In this document: in pieces, positions 1 through 11,675 of the stretch
Layout of the letters: each line of letters opens with the position of its first letter
How positions within the stretch are numbered: the stretch's first letter is position 1
NCBI RefSeq assembly: GCF_006345805.1
Contig: NC_043018.1
Coordinates: 15,190,001 to 15,254,000, forward strand
Source: Octopus sinensis
Lineage: Eukaryota
Length of the DNA stretch: 64,000 bases
Direction of reading: 5' to 3'
The notes under the pieces: generated by a model
Seen by the model: the letters and a program-made list of their open reading frames with translations, nothing else
What the model was told of the DNA's origin: nothing
Databases searched by the model: none
Position numbers and translations under genes: made by a program

Positions 1-165
1 GAGTTCAAATTCCGCCGAGGTCGACTTTGCCTTTCATCCTTTCGGGGTCGATTAAATAAGTACCAGTTACGCACTGGGGTCGATGTAATCGATTTAATCC
101 GTTTGTCTGTCCTTGTTTGTCCTCTCTGTGTTTAGCCCCTTGTGGGTAGTAATGAAATAGGTATT
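1..165 (+). mobile_element. SINE family B copy, 5' end cut by window edge
   Basis: Matches the fuller copy at 27539-27785 (gagttcaaattccgccgaggtcgactttgcctttcatcctttcggggtcga...gaaataggtatt). Confidence 0.8.
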
Positions 166-179
166 CCATCAATATGTTT

Positions 180-1545
180 GAGGCTGTCATTTTGAAATTT
201 ATACTAATCATAAACCTTTGGTTGCCCTACTTGGAAAAGAGCGGGGTATTCACAAATGGGTTCACCTAGAATGCAGGGATGGGCTTTGATGTTAAATGCT
301 CATAGCTATAGTATACACTACGTTCCTGGGCCCAAGAACGTTACTGCCGATGTAGTGAGTCGTTTTCCCTTGACTTCTTCGTTACATGAAATTGAACAAC
401 CAGCAGAAACTGGTACACACGATCCAACGTTTTAGTGGCACACCATCCGAGGACAGGATACCCTTCGACTAACAGACAAAGATTATGTTTTGAGAGGGTG
501 GCCGTCTAAAACAAGTTTAGAATTAAAACCGTTTTTACAGCGTAAAGATGAACTGAGTTTGTACGAGGGTTGCATATTTTGGGGTCCTCGTATGATTGTA
601 CCCTTTAAATTAAGACAACAGTTCAAGACAAAACTGAATAAGTTTGCATGATGCTCATCCAGGCATAAATCACATGAGGGCATTATCTCGAAGCTACTGT
701 AAGTGGTTCAATCTGGATGCTGATATTGATCTGATGAGTAGAAGATGCGACGTTTGTCAACAATACCAGCCACAAAACATCCCTGGAAGTGGCCAGAAAA
801 ACCTCGGCATAGATTACACGTTGATTATTTTGGTCCTCTTAATGCTATGATGTACTTATTAATTATTGATGCACATAGGCGCAGGAATGGCTGTGTGGTA
901 AGTAGCTTGCTAACCAACCCCATGGTTCCGGGTTCAGTCCCACTGCAAGTGTCTTCTGCTATAGCCTCGGACCGACCAAAGCCTTGTGAGTGGATATATA
1001 CATATATACGACGGGTTTCTTTCAGTTTCCGTCTACCAAATCCACTCAGAAGGCTTTGGTCAGCGCGAGGCTATAGTAGAAGACACTTGTCCAAGGTGCC
1101 ACGAAGTGGGACTGAACCCGGAACCGTGTGGTTAGTAAGCAAGCTACTTACCACACAGTCACTCCTACGCCTGTTTGGTCGCAATCTGCAAACAAGATTT
1201 TATTCTCGTCATCGCACAAAAATATCGAAGGAAAACAAACACGAATGAATGCAAAGAAGAAGGAAGGGAGGACCTCTCCATAAGCAATTGGTTGGCATTT
1301 GGCAATTGGCAACTGTAGTTGAAACTTGGAAGTTTAATCAATTTGTGTTTGCCAGGTGGTCAAGTTGTGCGTGGACATTCGATCTCGAGTAAAGAATGCA
1401 GGTAATGATTAAAGCAATGATTAAACAGACGTAAACGATGGTTCTATGTCAACATCAACGGCTGAAAGCGACAGTTTGGCTGAAAGAGAAACAGCTGACA
1501 ACCCTACGTTGCGACAATCAGAACGTGTATAAAAAAACCTGTTGA
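180..1545 (+). pseudogene. Decayed Ty3/Gypsy LTR-retrotransposon pol remnant (RNase H end, integrase zinc-binding region, start of integrase core, C-terminal tail)
   Basis: Translations FEIYTNHKPLVALLG (RNase H), HDAHPGINHMRALSRSYCKWFNLDADIDLMSRRCDVCQ (HHCC), HPWKWPEKPRHRLHVDYFGPL and LFGRNLQTRF; frameshifts present; most of the integrase core is missing. Confidence 0.85.
877..1172. mobile_element. Two SINE-A 5' halves fused in inverted orientation (fold-back), inside the Gypsy integrase
   Basis: 877-993 is a plus-strand SINE-A head; 1005-1172 is its reverse complement; ends are aggcgcagga...tcctacgcct. Confidence 0.8.
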
Positions 1546-1763
1546 TCAAAACCTGTTGATCAGTCTATCGTGCGCGCGTGTGTGTGTGTTGGTTAATTCT
1601 GCAACCTGCTGCAAATTGTTTTGTAACAACAAATATTTTTTTTATTTTTTTTAAAAACCTGTCTTATTTACAGCGAGCGTTCGGTGTCCTGTTTTCCTCA
1701 GGCTTTCGCCTGAACAGGACTGCTTTTTGTTAGTATGTATGTCATTATTCAGTTTATTTCAAG

Positions 1764-2125
1764 ACTTACGTACATACATTCATTCATACATACATACAAA
1801 CATACATACATACGTACGTACATACATACATACATACGTACGTACATACTACATACATACATACAAACATACATACATACGTACATACATACATACAAAC
1901 ATACATACATACATACATACATACAAATATACATACATACGTACATACAAACATACGTACGTACATACATACATACATACATACGTACATACATACGTAC
2001 GTACGTACATACATACATACATACGTACGTACATACATACATACATACATACATACGTACGTACGTACGTACGTACATACATACATACATACATGCAAAC
2101 ATACATACGTACATACATACATACG
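1764..2125. repeat. (TACA/TACG)n microsatellite
   Basis: Directly visible. Confidence 0.95.
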
Positions 2126-2715
2126 TTAGCAGTTCGGCAAAAGTGATCGATATTATAAGTACTGGGCTTAAAAAATAAGACCTAGATCGATTTGTTCGAC
2201 TAAATAAAAACCCCTAAAGGTGGTGCTCCAGCATAGCCACAGTCAAATGGAAAAAAAAACAAATAAAAGAATATAATTCTCGGTCTTATGGGGTAAATCT
2301 TTATGACATATATATATATATATATGTGTGTGTGTGTCTCTGTATGTATGTATGTATGTATGTATGTATGTATGTATGTATGTGTGTATGTGTGTATGTA
2401 TGTGTGAGTCTCTGTACGTATGTATGTATGTATGTACGTACGTACATACATACATACATACATACTACATACATACATACACACACACACATACATACAT
2501 ACAGAGACACACACACATATATATATATATATATGTCATAAAGATTTACCCCATAAGACCGAGAATTATATTCTTTTATTTGTTTTTTTTTCCATTTGAC
2601 TGTGGCTATGCTGGAGCACCACATTTAGGGGTTTTTATTTAGTGGACCAATCGATCTAGGTCTTATTTTTTAAGCCCAGTCCTTATAATATCGATCACTT
2701 TTGCCGAACTGCTAA
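2126..2715. repeat. ~590-bp imperfect palindrome made of a SINE-A 3' half, its flank and microsatellite
   Basis: 2126-2345 is the reverse complement of about 2500-2715, including the non-SINE flank ttctcggtcttatggggtaaatctttatgac. Confidence 0.85.
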
Positions 2716-2968
2716 AGGGACGTAAACACACCAACACCAGCTGTCCAAGGGATAGTGAGGGGACAAACACAGATACAAAGCACATATATACACATATATA
2801 TATATATATATATACGCGACTGGTTTCTTTCAGTTTCCGTCTCACAAGGCTTTGGTCCCTCCGAGGCTATAGTAGAAGACACTTGCCCAAGGTACCACGC
2901 AGTGGGACTGAACCCGAAACCATTGGCTGGGAAGCAATCTTCTTAGCACACAGCCACTCCAGCGCCTA
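2590..2968 (-). mobile_element. SINE family A variant, near full length
   Basis: tRNA-like head, CORE-like ccttgggcaagtgtcttc, internal (TA)n(TG)n, 3' half ending ggtgctccagcatagccacagtcaaat. Confidence 0.8.
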
Positions 2969-3014
2969 TTGGTGTAACATGTTGGCATGGGGTCAGCAAT
3001 CTCAAGGCGATGTG

Positions 3015-3115
3015 GGGGAGTAAGTCGATTACATTGACCCCAGTGTCTATCTGGTACTTATTTTATCGACCCCAAAAATGATGAGAGGCAAAATCGACCT
3101 CGGCAGAATTTCTAG
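3015..3115 (-). mobile_element. Diverged SINE-B fragment
   Basis: Reverse complement of ccgaggtcgattttgcc...ggggtcgataaaataagtaccag...ggggtcaatgtaatcgactta. Confidence 0.6.
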
Positions 3116-3977
3116 GAATTTATAATATTAAACTTCAATATTTTTCCCGTATTAGAAAAGGATGCTCCTCCATCGTTGGTGACGAGGATCTTTTAGTTTA
3201 TTGTGTGTTGTTGTGGGGTTACATTCCCACTCAGATCCCAGCAAAATCGACCTCGCTATTTACTCTTCTGAGATCAATAAAATAAAGTATCGTATAATGT
3301 AACTGATACCCAAGTTTTGCTGAAGGTACCGCCAGCTGATACAATCAACCGAGGTGTCTTCCATTAAGATGTTGCCGCACTGGATCCCAGGAGGCGCATA
3401 GCTTCATGAATAATAAATTTCGTCCCATTTTCGATGGAGATGGTCTTCTGCTTCTTGGGTAAAACGCCCAAGCCCATGAGTTCTGTACTAATGTTGAGGG
3501 CTCTGCATTATGCATTTGGCACCTTCCAAAAACAAAGGAGTGAATGTGATAATAAATAAAATTAAGCGAAATAAAAGCGAAACGAGAAACTTCCTTATGT
3601 TGCGTTAGTGAGCGTGGCAGTGGAGCGTAGAGAAGAGGAGGGGGATGTGGAAGGAGGGTAGAGGTAAGTCGTCTCGGTCTGTCGGGTTTTAAAAGCTTTC
3701 TCTCACCCACCCATCTTCCCCTCTAAGTGCCCTGTAAATGTTTTATGATCATTGTCAGAAATCTAGATATTTCTCTTTCTCTTCTTTCTCTCCATTTCAA
3801 TTTCTCTCTCTCTCTCTCTCTCCCTCCCTCCCTCTCTTTCGATCTCTCTTTTCTCTCTTCTCGTCTATTTTTTCTCCTAAAAAGCAGAGACCACAAATGA
3901 AAAAAAAAAAAGAAGAAACAAAAACCGGTAATGCAGCTTAAGTCTAAGCTAAAACTGGAATTACAGAGTGATGAAGG

Positions 3978-4105
3978 AGACCGATAGAATAAGTACTGGG
4001 CTTACAAAGAATAAGTCCCGGGGTCGATTTGCTCGACTAAAGGCGGTGCTCCAGCATGGCCGCAGTCAAATGACTGAAACAAGTAAAAGAGTAAAGAGTA
4101 GAGTA
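3978..4105 (+). mobile_element. SINE-A 3' end with (aagagta)n tail
   Basis: gagaccgatagaataagtactgggc...tgactgaaacaagtaaaagagta. Confidence 0.85.
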
Positions 4106-4289
4106 TGTGATACCCTGATACAGGAGAATCTCTAGGGCCAGTCGAAGAACCCCATTATCCAAAGTCTCCCTTAGCACCAAGCGCAAGCGCTCTCTCGAAC
4201 TCCCGTTTTTCGACTCACAGGTTTATACTTAGAGCGGTGCCAATCACTCTTGCCATTTTTGTCAGTTTCCCCATTTCAGTGAATTCAGA

Positions 4290-4297
4290 AGACAGTA

Positions 4298-4328
<31 letters not shown>

Positions 4329-4860
4329 CCACTTTCGACTTAAGGAAGTCGATCAGCGCTCTCTGCCAAAGAGGAAAGCCTCTGTCCTCATACCTTTCAA
4401 CCTCGTCCACCATACAACCTCTTTTGCAATAGTTATCAGATAAAGGAAAAGGAGAGCGGCAAGACAATTGTCACCATGGATTCAGCCGATGGGCAGACGC
4501 ATCCTACGCTCGGCACCAGCAGTTCGACATAACTTGACAAGTGAGCAATGTCCAAAAACTGAACGAGTGCCTGCAGAATAGTTGCATCGCTTTGCATTTC
4601 GGACAAGCTCGTCCGACGGCATTTCCATGCCTATAGAATTTATCTCGAATCAGTAGTGCCTCTTTGTAGTATTACTGACTAACCAAGGACGTATGGAAAT
4701 TATCGGTGATCCTTGACCGGAAAGTCCTCCAGAGCAGACTAACCAGCTCGTTGTGGTCGATACCCAGAATCTCCGAGAATGTCGTCAAACTTTGCTGTCA
4801 CTAATCCTCGATGAGAAGCACCAACCTCTTCACCAAATGTTTGAAATCTGCGTTTATCAG
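4290..4860 (-). pseudogene. Decayed Tx1/L1-clade LINE ORF2 C-terminal (zinc-binding) fragment
   Basis: Minus-strand LIRDKFYRHGNAVGRACPKC and AESMVTIV, similar to the clearer fragment at 46034-46600. Confidence 0.55.
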
Positions 4861-4877
4861 TTATAGTCATAAAATCA

Positions 4878-5341
4878 GAAATATTGAATTTCTAAATCTG
4901 TCGTAGAGACATGTACGGTGGTGGGGCGATAGAATGGTTGTATACTGTCAATCTAACAAGAACGTGACAGTAGGGGGTACACCACGCCCCACCACCGTAC
5001 ATGTCTCTACGAGAGATTTAGAAATTCTATATTTCTTATTTTGATAATCAGTGAATAGACTTCACTGAATATAGATATATACAATTACGAAGTCGAGACA
5101 AATATCACCAGCTGACCGGTGTCTGCTACTCTAGGCCGATGAAGGACAACGATCCTGAAACACGTGTCCCTAGATGCAGCTTCGGCAGCCGGGGGTGTTT
5201 GTCTCCCCTTCGTAAACGTATATAAGGACACAGGGAAAAATGTGTCAAAGCAATCAGGAGGCGTTCGATGCTTCCTAGGGCTATACAGCGGTGGTGTACC
5301 CCCTACTGTCACGTTCTTGTTAGATTGACAGTATACAACCA
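4878..5341 (+). mobile_element. Penelope pLTR / retrozyme-like non-coding unit (~363 nt) with an inverted partial copy on its 5' side
   Basis: Contains a hammerhead; 4878-4984 is the reverse complement of the unit end joined to the unit start; 13-bp direct repeat agtcataaaatca at 4865-4877 and 5341-5353. Confidence 0.7.
5130..5174 (+). ncRNA. Minimal type I hammerhead ribozyme (core variant CCGAUGA)
   Basis: Stem I tctagg/cctaga; core CCGATGA 5136-5142; stem II agga-caacga-tcct; GAAA 5157-5160; palindromic stem III ACACGTGT; GUC triplet 5166-5168. Confidence 0.8.
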
Positions 5342-5349
5342 GTCATAAA

Positions 5350-5760
5350 ATCATTTGATCCAAATTGTGTGGATCTTTTCTCAGCAGTGCCACCACTGCT
5401 CATCGACTCACAGAACTAGGATTTCTCTGGTTTTGCTGCCAGTTGCTGTAGATAGGGGTCTCCAAACAAGTCTAGCACATAAAAGTAAAGCTCGTAGGGT
5501 GGATCATCTGAACGAGGTGGTTTCTCCTCTGTGCAACCAGTCATTCATTGCGTTTGTTATTGGCTTTTTTACATCACTCCATCTCTCTTCCCGAGAATAG
5601 CGGCAAGCCATCGAAGTAGGCCCTCAAACCCATCCAGCGTTCCGATCCACCATTCGTTCCAAAGATTTTGAGCGAAGTACTGCTGAAACGCTGCTCACAT
5701 CTGTTCGGACACGAGTAGGATGCGCCTATCATAGTCCACGTTTATCAATAGTTGAACTAC
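5350..5760 (-). pseudogene. Decayed Tx1/L1-clade LINE fragment (start of RT)
   Basis: Minus-strand PPYELYFYVLDLFG and VVALLRKDP resemble the DGLPYEFY...GVVTLLRKDP region; frameshifted. Confidence 0.5.
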
Positions 5761-6285
5761 ACTCGTAAGTAAATATCATTTCTTATTTATAGAAATTTTC
5801 AATAGTTTCCAGTCACAATATTTTCAATTTATCAATTAATTAAGAATTCATTGCTTATCGTTTATTAATTCATTGTTAATTTCAAATCGAATTTGATGAA
5901 CAATAGCATCATGGGATGTGATGAAGCTTTGACTGTTTAATTATTTAGTAATGGACTTACACGGGTGTGTAAGTCCATTGATCCACACAATTTGAATTGA
6001 TTTGAATCTTAATGATCATAGTTATCAACTCTGTAGCCTCCAGCGTGTATTTAGTTTGCAGGGTACTATGCAAGAATATCGATGAATATCTGTTTCATCA
6101 TCAGATCAATGAGGCAACTGACGGAGTTACAACTTGTTTTTGTGATGAGAACGGAATGGGAGCTACCCGACTGTTGACAGACTCTCAGAAGTCAGGGTCC
6201 ATAAGAACGGAAGCATTTACGCATAAATATTCATGAACAGGCCAAGTGCCAGTTAACCCTAAAACAAGTCCACATCATCCCAACT

Positions 6286-6508
6286 GTACGAGGAGAAGCT
6301 GGAAAGTTCCTGGCTTTCAGGGTATCACAAAAAGAGCGGTCTGTGTCCCAAACTTCCGAATTCTTTTATAGGACTTAGAAAAACTGAAGGACCACTGCAT
6401 TAAGTGTGTGAGTCTGAGAGGGGAATATGTTGAATAAAATCATAATTAACTGAACCTCCTGTATTTTCTTTTACCCAAAGCTAAGAACTTTGCAGTACAC
6501 CTCGGATA
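6286..6508. mobile_element. Short non-autonomous mariner-like element
   Basis: Imperfect TIRs tacgaggagaagctggaaagttcctggcttt / aaagctaagaactttgcagtacacctcgga; internal sequence resembles a transposase 3' end. Confidence 0.55.
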
Positions 6509-6518
6509 TATGTGTATA

Positions 6519-6900
6519 CTAGCAGTATCGCCCGGCGTTGCTCGGGTTTGTTTCGACCCTTTAGAATTGGAATTTTTGAAAAGTAAAAATTTTGCATTAT
6601 GTAGCTTGTTATTCTCTTTAAGTGAACATTTTTCTGGTTGAAAAACACCGAAAAATGGCAACACAGCAGTCAAAAATCGTAAAAAATAGGGATTTTCATA
6701 GATGTAAATAATTTTTGGTGTTAACATGGTCCAATTTGAATTTTTTTCTTCTACGGAATGAAGAGCAAGCCTTCTTCTATCATACTCTCAATTTTGATCA
6801 ACTTGCGCCGCAGGGTCTCGGAGGAGATAATGTTAGTTTAAGGCTACCAAACCTGCCATACACATACACAGACAACTTCAGCTTTATATATAAAGAGAGA
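6519..6900 (-). mobile_element. Non-autonomous Helitron (subfamily 2)
   Basis: On the minus strand: 5'-TC start, 3' hairpin cccg-agcaacgc-cggg then CTAG, inserted between A and T. Confidence 0.75.
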
Positions 6901-6968
<68 letters not shown>

Positions 6969-7247
6969 TCTATGTATATATAGATAGATGTATACATATC
7001 CATACATATAAAATCATACGCACAAAACATGCGCGGCGCGCAATAACCTTATAATTACTTGATTCTCTTGTATTTTCTGTTATCCAAAACCAGGAACTTT
7101 TCAGCAACCCCTAAAGCACACACACGCACACACACACACACACACGCACACACACACACACACACACACAACACACACACACACATACAGACAATCACAC
7201 GCACAAAACACATGTGAGCACGCAATGTGTATATATACAATTGTACC

Positions 7248-7338
7248 ACAGGCGGACAGGTGGACAGGCGGACAGGCGGACAGGTGGACAGGTGGACAGG
7301 CGGACAGGCGGACAGGTGGACAGGCGGACAGGCGGACA
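7248..7338. repeat. Octamer tandem array (GGACAGGY)n
   Basis: Directly visible; reverse complement of the array at 8103-8549. Confidence 0.95.
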
Positions 7339-7344
7339 AACACA

Positions 7345-8935
7345 TTGAATTTCGATGCATGCCCACAACCTGAACGTCTCCTTCATTAGACCGAACTAAC
7401 GGCCTTCTTCTGCAAGTACAGATACCCCGTTCGAAGATGAGCTCACCAACCTCTAAGTGGACACCAAGCCTGAACCAACACAACTCGGTCAATTTATCTG
7501 TCGATAAACGCCGTTACAATTTTGGTGTCTTCAACTTGAAGAGACAACTAAGACAAGGACGGCCGCCCTATCATCTCAAACTGTGACTGCCCTATCGATC
7601 GTAGCTTAGCAAAATATCACATTGCGTTGCCTCACATTACCCTTACGATTGGTAAGGTCAAACTCCTTTTCGCAGTGGGAAATAAATTACTCTAAACCGT
7701 CATCTTCCCTAACGACGGCTATCATCCATTAAACACTTTCTAGATCTTCGTAACCTGCCTGTACCCAGCGCTACAGCACACATCTGCCTAGCCGAGCTCA
7801 TTCTAACCCTCAATTGATTTCCTTTTCCCTGGGGAATTTTACAAACAAATCAGCAGAGTCACTAGAGGAACTGGGATGGGCCCAATTGTACCACTCTCCT
7901 TGTAAGCCGCATTGAAGCGCATATCTTTACCCGACCCACCAAATACCTTCCGGAGCTGTGTGGTGATTATATTGACAACTGTGCCACCGCCCTCACCAGA
8001 CAACAGCTCCATAATTTTGTCTTTCGTTAACACTTTTCTCTCACCCAGGAATTTACAACCGTTGTTACCAGTAACTGTTAATGTTCTCGATATTTGCATC
8101 AAGTCCGCCTGTCCGCCTGTCCGCCTGTCCACCTGTCCGCCTGTCCACCTGTCCACCTGTCCGCCTGTCCGCCTGTCCGCCTGTCCACCTGTCCGCCTGT
8201 CCGCCTGTCCGCCTGTCCACCTGTCCACTTGTCCGCCTGTCCGCCTGTCCGCCTGTCCGCCTGTCCACCTGTCCGCCTGTCCACCTGTCCGCCTGTCGCC
8301 TGTCCACCTGTCCGCCTGTCCACCTGTCCACCTGTCCGCCTGTCCGCCTGTCCGCCTGTCCACCTGTCCGCCTGTCCGCCTGTCCGCCTGTCCGCCTGTC
8401 CACCTGTCCGCCTGTCCGCCTGTCCGCCTGTCCGCCTGTCCACCTGTCCGCCTGTCCACCTGTCCGCCTGTCCACCTGTCCGCCTGTCCGCCTGTCCGCC
8501 TGTCCGCCTGTCCGCCTGTCCGCCTGTCCACCTGTCCGCCTGTTCGCCTCTGTCCACTTTAAGCCTACTGACTCTCATTCATATCCACGCAACTCATCTT
8601 ACCCCGAACACACTCAATCTGCCATGCTATTCTCTGAATTCCTTCACCTTTGCCGGCTCTGCAGCATTTCGAACCCGAAACTGAAAGAATGTGACAATTC
8701 TTCCTGAATCGAAGACAACTTCGATCAACTTTAGCTTCTGCACTTCTCCACGCCCAGGTCACCGATCATGTTACCTCTCTCTTACCCTCTTTACGCATAC
8801 CTACAAAGCGTATTCACTCTCGTCCTCTCATCTTCCACCCGCCCGTCCTTCCATTAACAGATAAACTGATCTTCAGCTTCTGAATTCTCCTGGAATTCAC
8901 AAATTCTCATCTTTCTACCGGTTTTTGATGCCCCT
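7345..8935 (+). pseudogene. Decayed Penelope-like element reverse transcriptase
   Basis: GRPIISNCDCP, LAELILTLN, KQISRVTRGTGMGP, ELCGDYIDNCA (YIDD-like), LDICIK, then SVHFKPTDSHSY...FSEFLHLCRLCS (thumb); stops and frameshifts present. Confidence 0.8.
8103..8549. repeat. Octamer tandem array (CTGTCCRC)n, about 55 units, inside the Penelope RT
   Basis: Directly visible. Confidence 0.95.
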
Positions 8936-9040
8936 CACACGAATATATCGTTTTCCCTCAACACTAGCCTTGTTTTGCCACCTTTGTAGTTTGATTGCGA
9001 TATGGACCGTTTTTATAACGTCATTTCACTCAAAATAAAT

Positions 9041-9248
9041 ATACTCTTTTTACTCTTTTACTTGTTTCAGTCATTTGACTGCGGCCATGCTGGAGCACCG
9101 CCTTTAGTCGAGCAAATCAACCCCGGGAATTATTCTTTGAAAGCCCAGTACTTATTCTATCGGTCTCTTTTTTTGCCGAACCGCTAAGTAGCGGGGACGT
9201 AAACACACCAGCATCGGTTGTCAAGCAATGCTAGGGGGACAAACACAG

Positions 9249-9287
<39 letters not shown>

Positions 9288-9465
9288 ATATATATATATA
9301 CGACAGGCTTCTTTCAGTTTCCGTCTACCAAATCCACTCACAAGGCATTGGTCGGCCCGGGGCTATAGCAGAAGACACTTGCCCAAGATGCCACGCAGTG
9401 GGACTGAACCCGGAACCATGTGGTTGGTTAGCAAGCTACTTACCACACAGCCACTCCTGCGCCTA
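9041..9465 (-). mobile_element. SINE family A, full length
   Basis: Head aggcgcaggagtggctgtgtggtaagtag with B-box-like ggttcagtccc, CORE-like block, internal (TA)n(TG)n, (aagagta)n tail. Confidence 0.9.
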
Positions 9466-10019
9466 TAAATATGTTTCTCAGTTTGTGAAAATTGTTTGAA
9501 AATACAAAATTGATTTGGCTCATCACATAAAATAACTTTTCTTCTTGGAGAATGAACTCAAAAAAAAAAAAAGAAAAAAGGGAAAATGACATCTCGTGTT
9601 CTATGAATTATGTCTGGAGGGAAAGGATTTGATCAAAAACAAAACTGCTACTTAGGGCCATCTGATCTCAGACCAATATGAAAAGTGTTTTACTAACGAA
9701 ACATACAAACAATCAGAATTCCTAAAAACTGCTTATTATCCAGTTTCTAAATAGACTAAATAAAATTCTGAAATCCATATCCAACTTGATTTTTTTCTAT
9801 AATTCTACTTCCATTTGTTATCCTACTCACTTAGTATTTTGTTGGTCGTAAAAACTGAAGGTGTTTCAGACTTGTCATAATTTGCACTCTTGGGGTTATC
9901 CTAATCCTTAATACATATGCTATTTGTATAGACCCACTCTCAGGGGTCGCACGCATGTATATATGTAAGTGTGAGTGTGTGTGTGTATGTATATGGCATA
10001 TACATATATATCAGGTGTC

Positions 10020-10072
<53 letters not shown>

Positions 10073-10129
10073 ACATATATATGAATATGCACACGCACAC
10101 ACATAAATGTGTGTGTCTTTGTTTGTTCC

Positions 10130-10393
10130 TTCTCGAGCCACGCCTGGCTCATAAGGGCCGGTTTCCCGGTGGACACCGGTCCGTCGCAGGTGAGCTGCTA
10201 GATGCAGGAGGAAAGAGTGAGAGAAAGTTGTGGCGAAAGAGTCAGCAGAAGTTTCGCCATTACCTTCTGCGGGAGCCGCGTGGAGCTCAGGTGTTTCGCT
10301 CATAAACGCACCCATCGCCCGGTCTGAGATTCGAACCCGTGATCCCTCGACCGCGATTCCGCTGCTCTAACCACTAGGCCATGTGCTTCCACT
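10130..10393 (-). mobile_element. SINE family C variant (tRNA-Arg-like head)
   Basis: Minus-strand tggcctagtggttagagcagcggaatcgcggtcgagggatcacgggttcgaatctc (A and B boxes). Confidence 0.75.
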
Positions 10394-10446
10394 AAATGTG
10401 TGTGTTTATCTGTATATGATACATGTGGATGCATGCTGTGTGTGTT

Positions 10447-10564
10447 TACTCTTTTACTTGTTTCAGTCTCTTTTTGCCGAACCGCTAAGTGACGGGAACA
10501 TAAACACAGCAGCATCGGTTGTCAAGCAATGCTAGGGTGGACAAACACAGACACACAAACATAT

Positions 10565-10617
<53 letters not shown>

Positions 10618-10782
10618 TACGACAGGCTTCTTTCAGTTTCCGTCTACCAAATCCACTCACAAGGCATTGGTCGGCCCGGGGCTATAGCAGAAGACACTTG
10701 CCCGAGATGCCACGCAGTGGGACTGAACCCGGAACCATGTGGTTGGTAAGCAAGCTACTTACCACACAGCCACTCCTGCGCT
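10447..10782 (-). mobile_element. SINE-A with internal deletion
   Basis: Same blocks as 9041-9465, part of the 3' half missing. Confidence 0.85.
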
Positions 10783-10984
10783 ATTATTCACACCTTATTC
10801 TTTTATTAATTGTGTTGTTGTTACCAGTTTGTGTTTTAAGATTTTTTCTTTCTTTTTTTTTATATTGACTTTAATTTTCTAGATATCGATCAATCAACGG
10901 ATTACTAATTAATTGATTACTTGTATGTGCATCGAAGTCATTGAATAGGGCTTCAGACATTGTGTCAGAGCTTTTGTTCTGTAC

Positions 10985-11007
10985 ACGCACGCACCCACGC
11001 ACGCACG

Positions 11008-11100
<93 letters not shown>

Positions 11101-11150
11101 GCGCGCACATGAATACACACACACACACACACACCAGATGCATAAACACA
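10985..11150. repeat. (CA)n microsatellite
   Basis: Directly visible. Confidence 0.95.
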
Positions 11151-11276
11151 CTCACACTCACACATATGCAAATACCTGAAGATTTTCAGTGAGGAGGCAT
11201 CCTGCATGTATATACAAGTCTATGTTTTTCTGTTATGAATTTACTTTAATGTATATCATTATTATTAATATTAACA

Positions 11277-11403
11277 TAGGCATAGGAGTGGCTGTATGGT
11301 AAGTAGCTAGCTTACGAACCACATGATTCCGGGTTCAGTCCCACTGCGTGGCATCTTGGGCATCTTGGCCTTCTACTAAAGCATCGGGCCGACCAAAGCC
11401 TTG
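11277..11403 (+). mobile_element. SINE-A 5' fragment
   Basis: aggagtggctgtatggtaagtag...ccgaccaaagccttg. Confidence 0.8.
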
Positions 11404-11504
11404 CACATAGACTTGAGAGCCACCACACCAAAAGAATATGCATTCGTGACAGCAGCAAAAATTAACGCGGAAAAATCACTGGGCTTGCAACTCGGCACCT
11501 AGAG

Positions 11505-11675
11505 AGGCGTCGTGGTGAAACAATACAGCAGGGTTCGCTACCCCACCCTGTCAGAGCCCCGTGGAGATTTAGGTGTTTTAGCTCAATAATCACTCACAAC
11601 GCCCGGTCTGGGAACCGAAACCGAGATCCTATGACCGCGAGTCCGCTGCCCTAACCACTAGGCCATTGCGCCTAC
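11505..11675 (-). mobile_element. SINE-C 5' part
   Basis: Reverse complement of ggcgcaatggcctagtggttagggcagcggactcgcggtcatagg. Confidence 0.75.

Noticed and set aside
5950-5995. 13-bp hairpin and a 15-bp inverted match to 5360-5375
   Set aside because: Too short to separate from chance or local microinversion; no element boundaries
8103-8549. CRISPR-like regular repeat
   Set aside because: 8-bp units with no unique spacers, no cas genes, and a eukaryotic context
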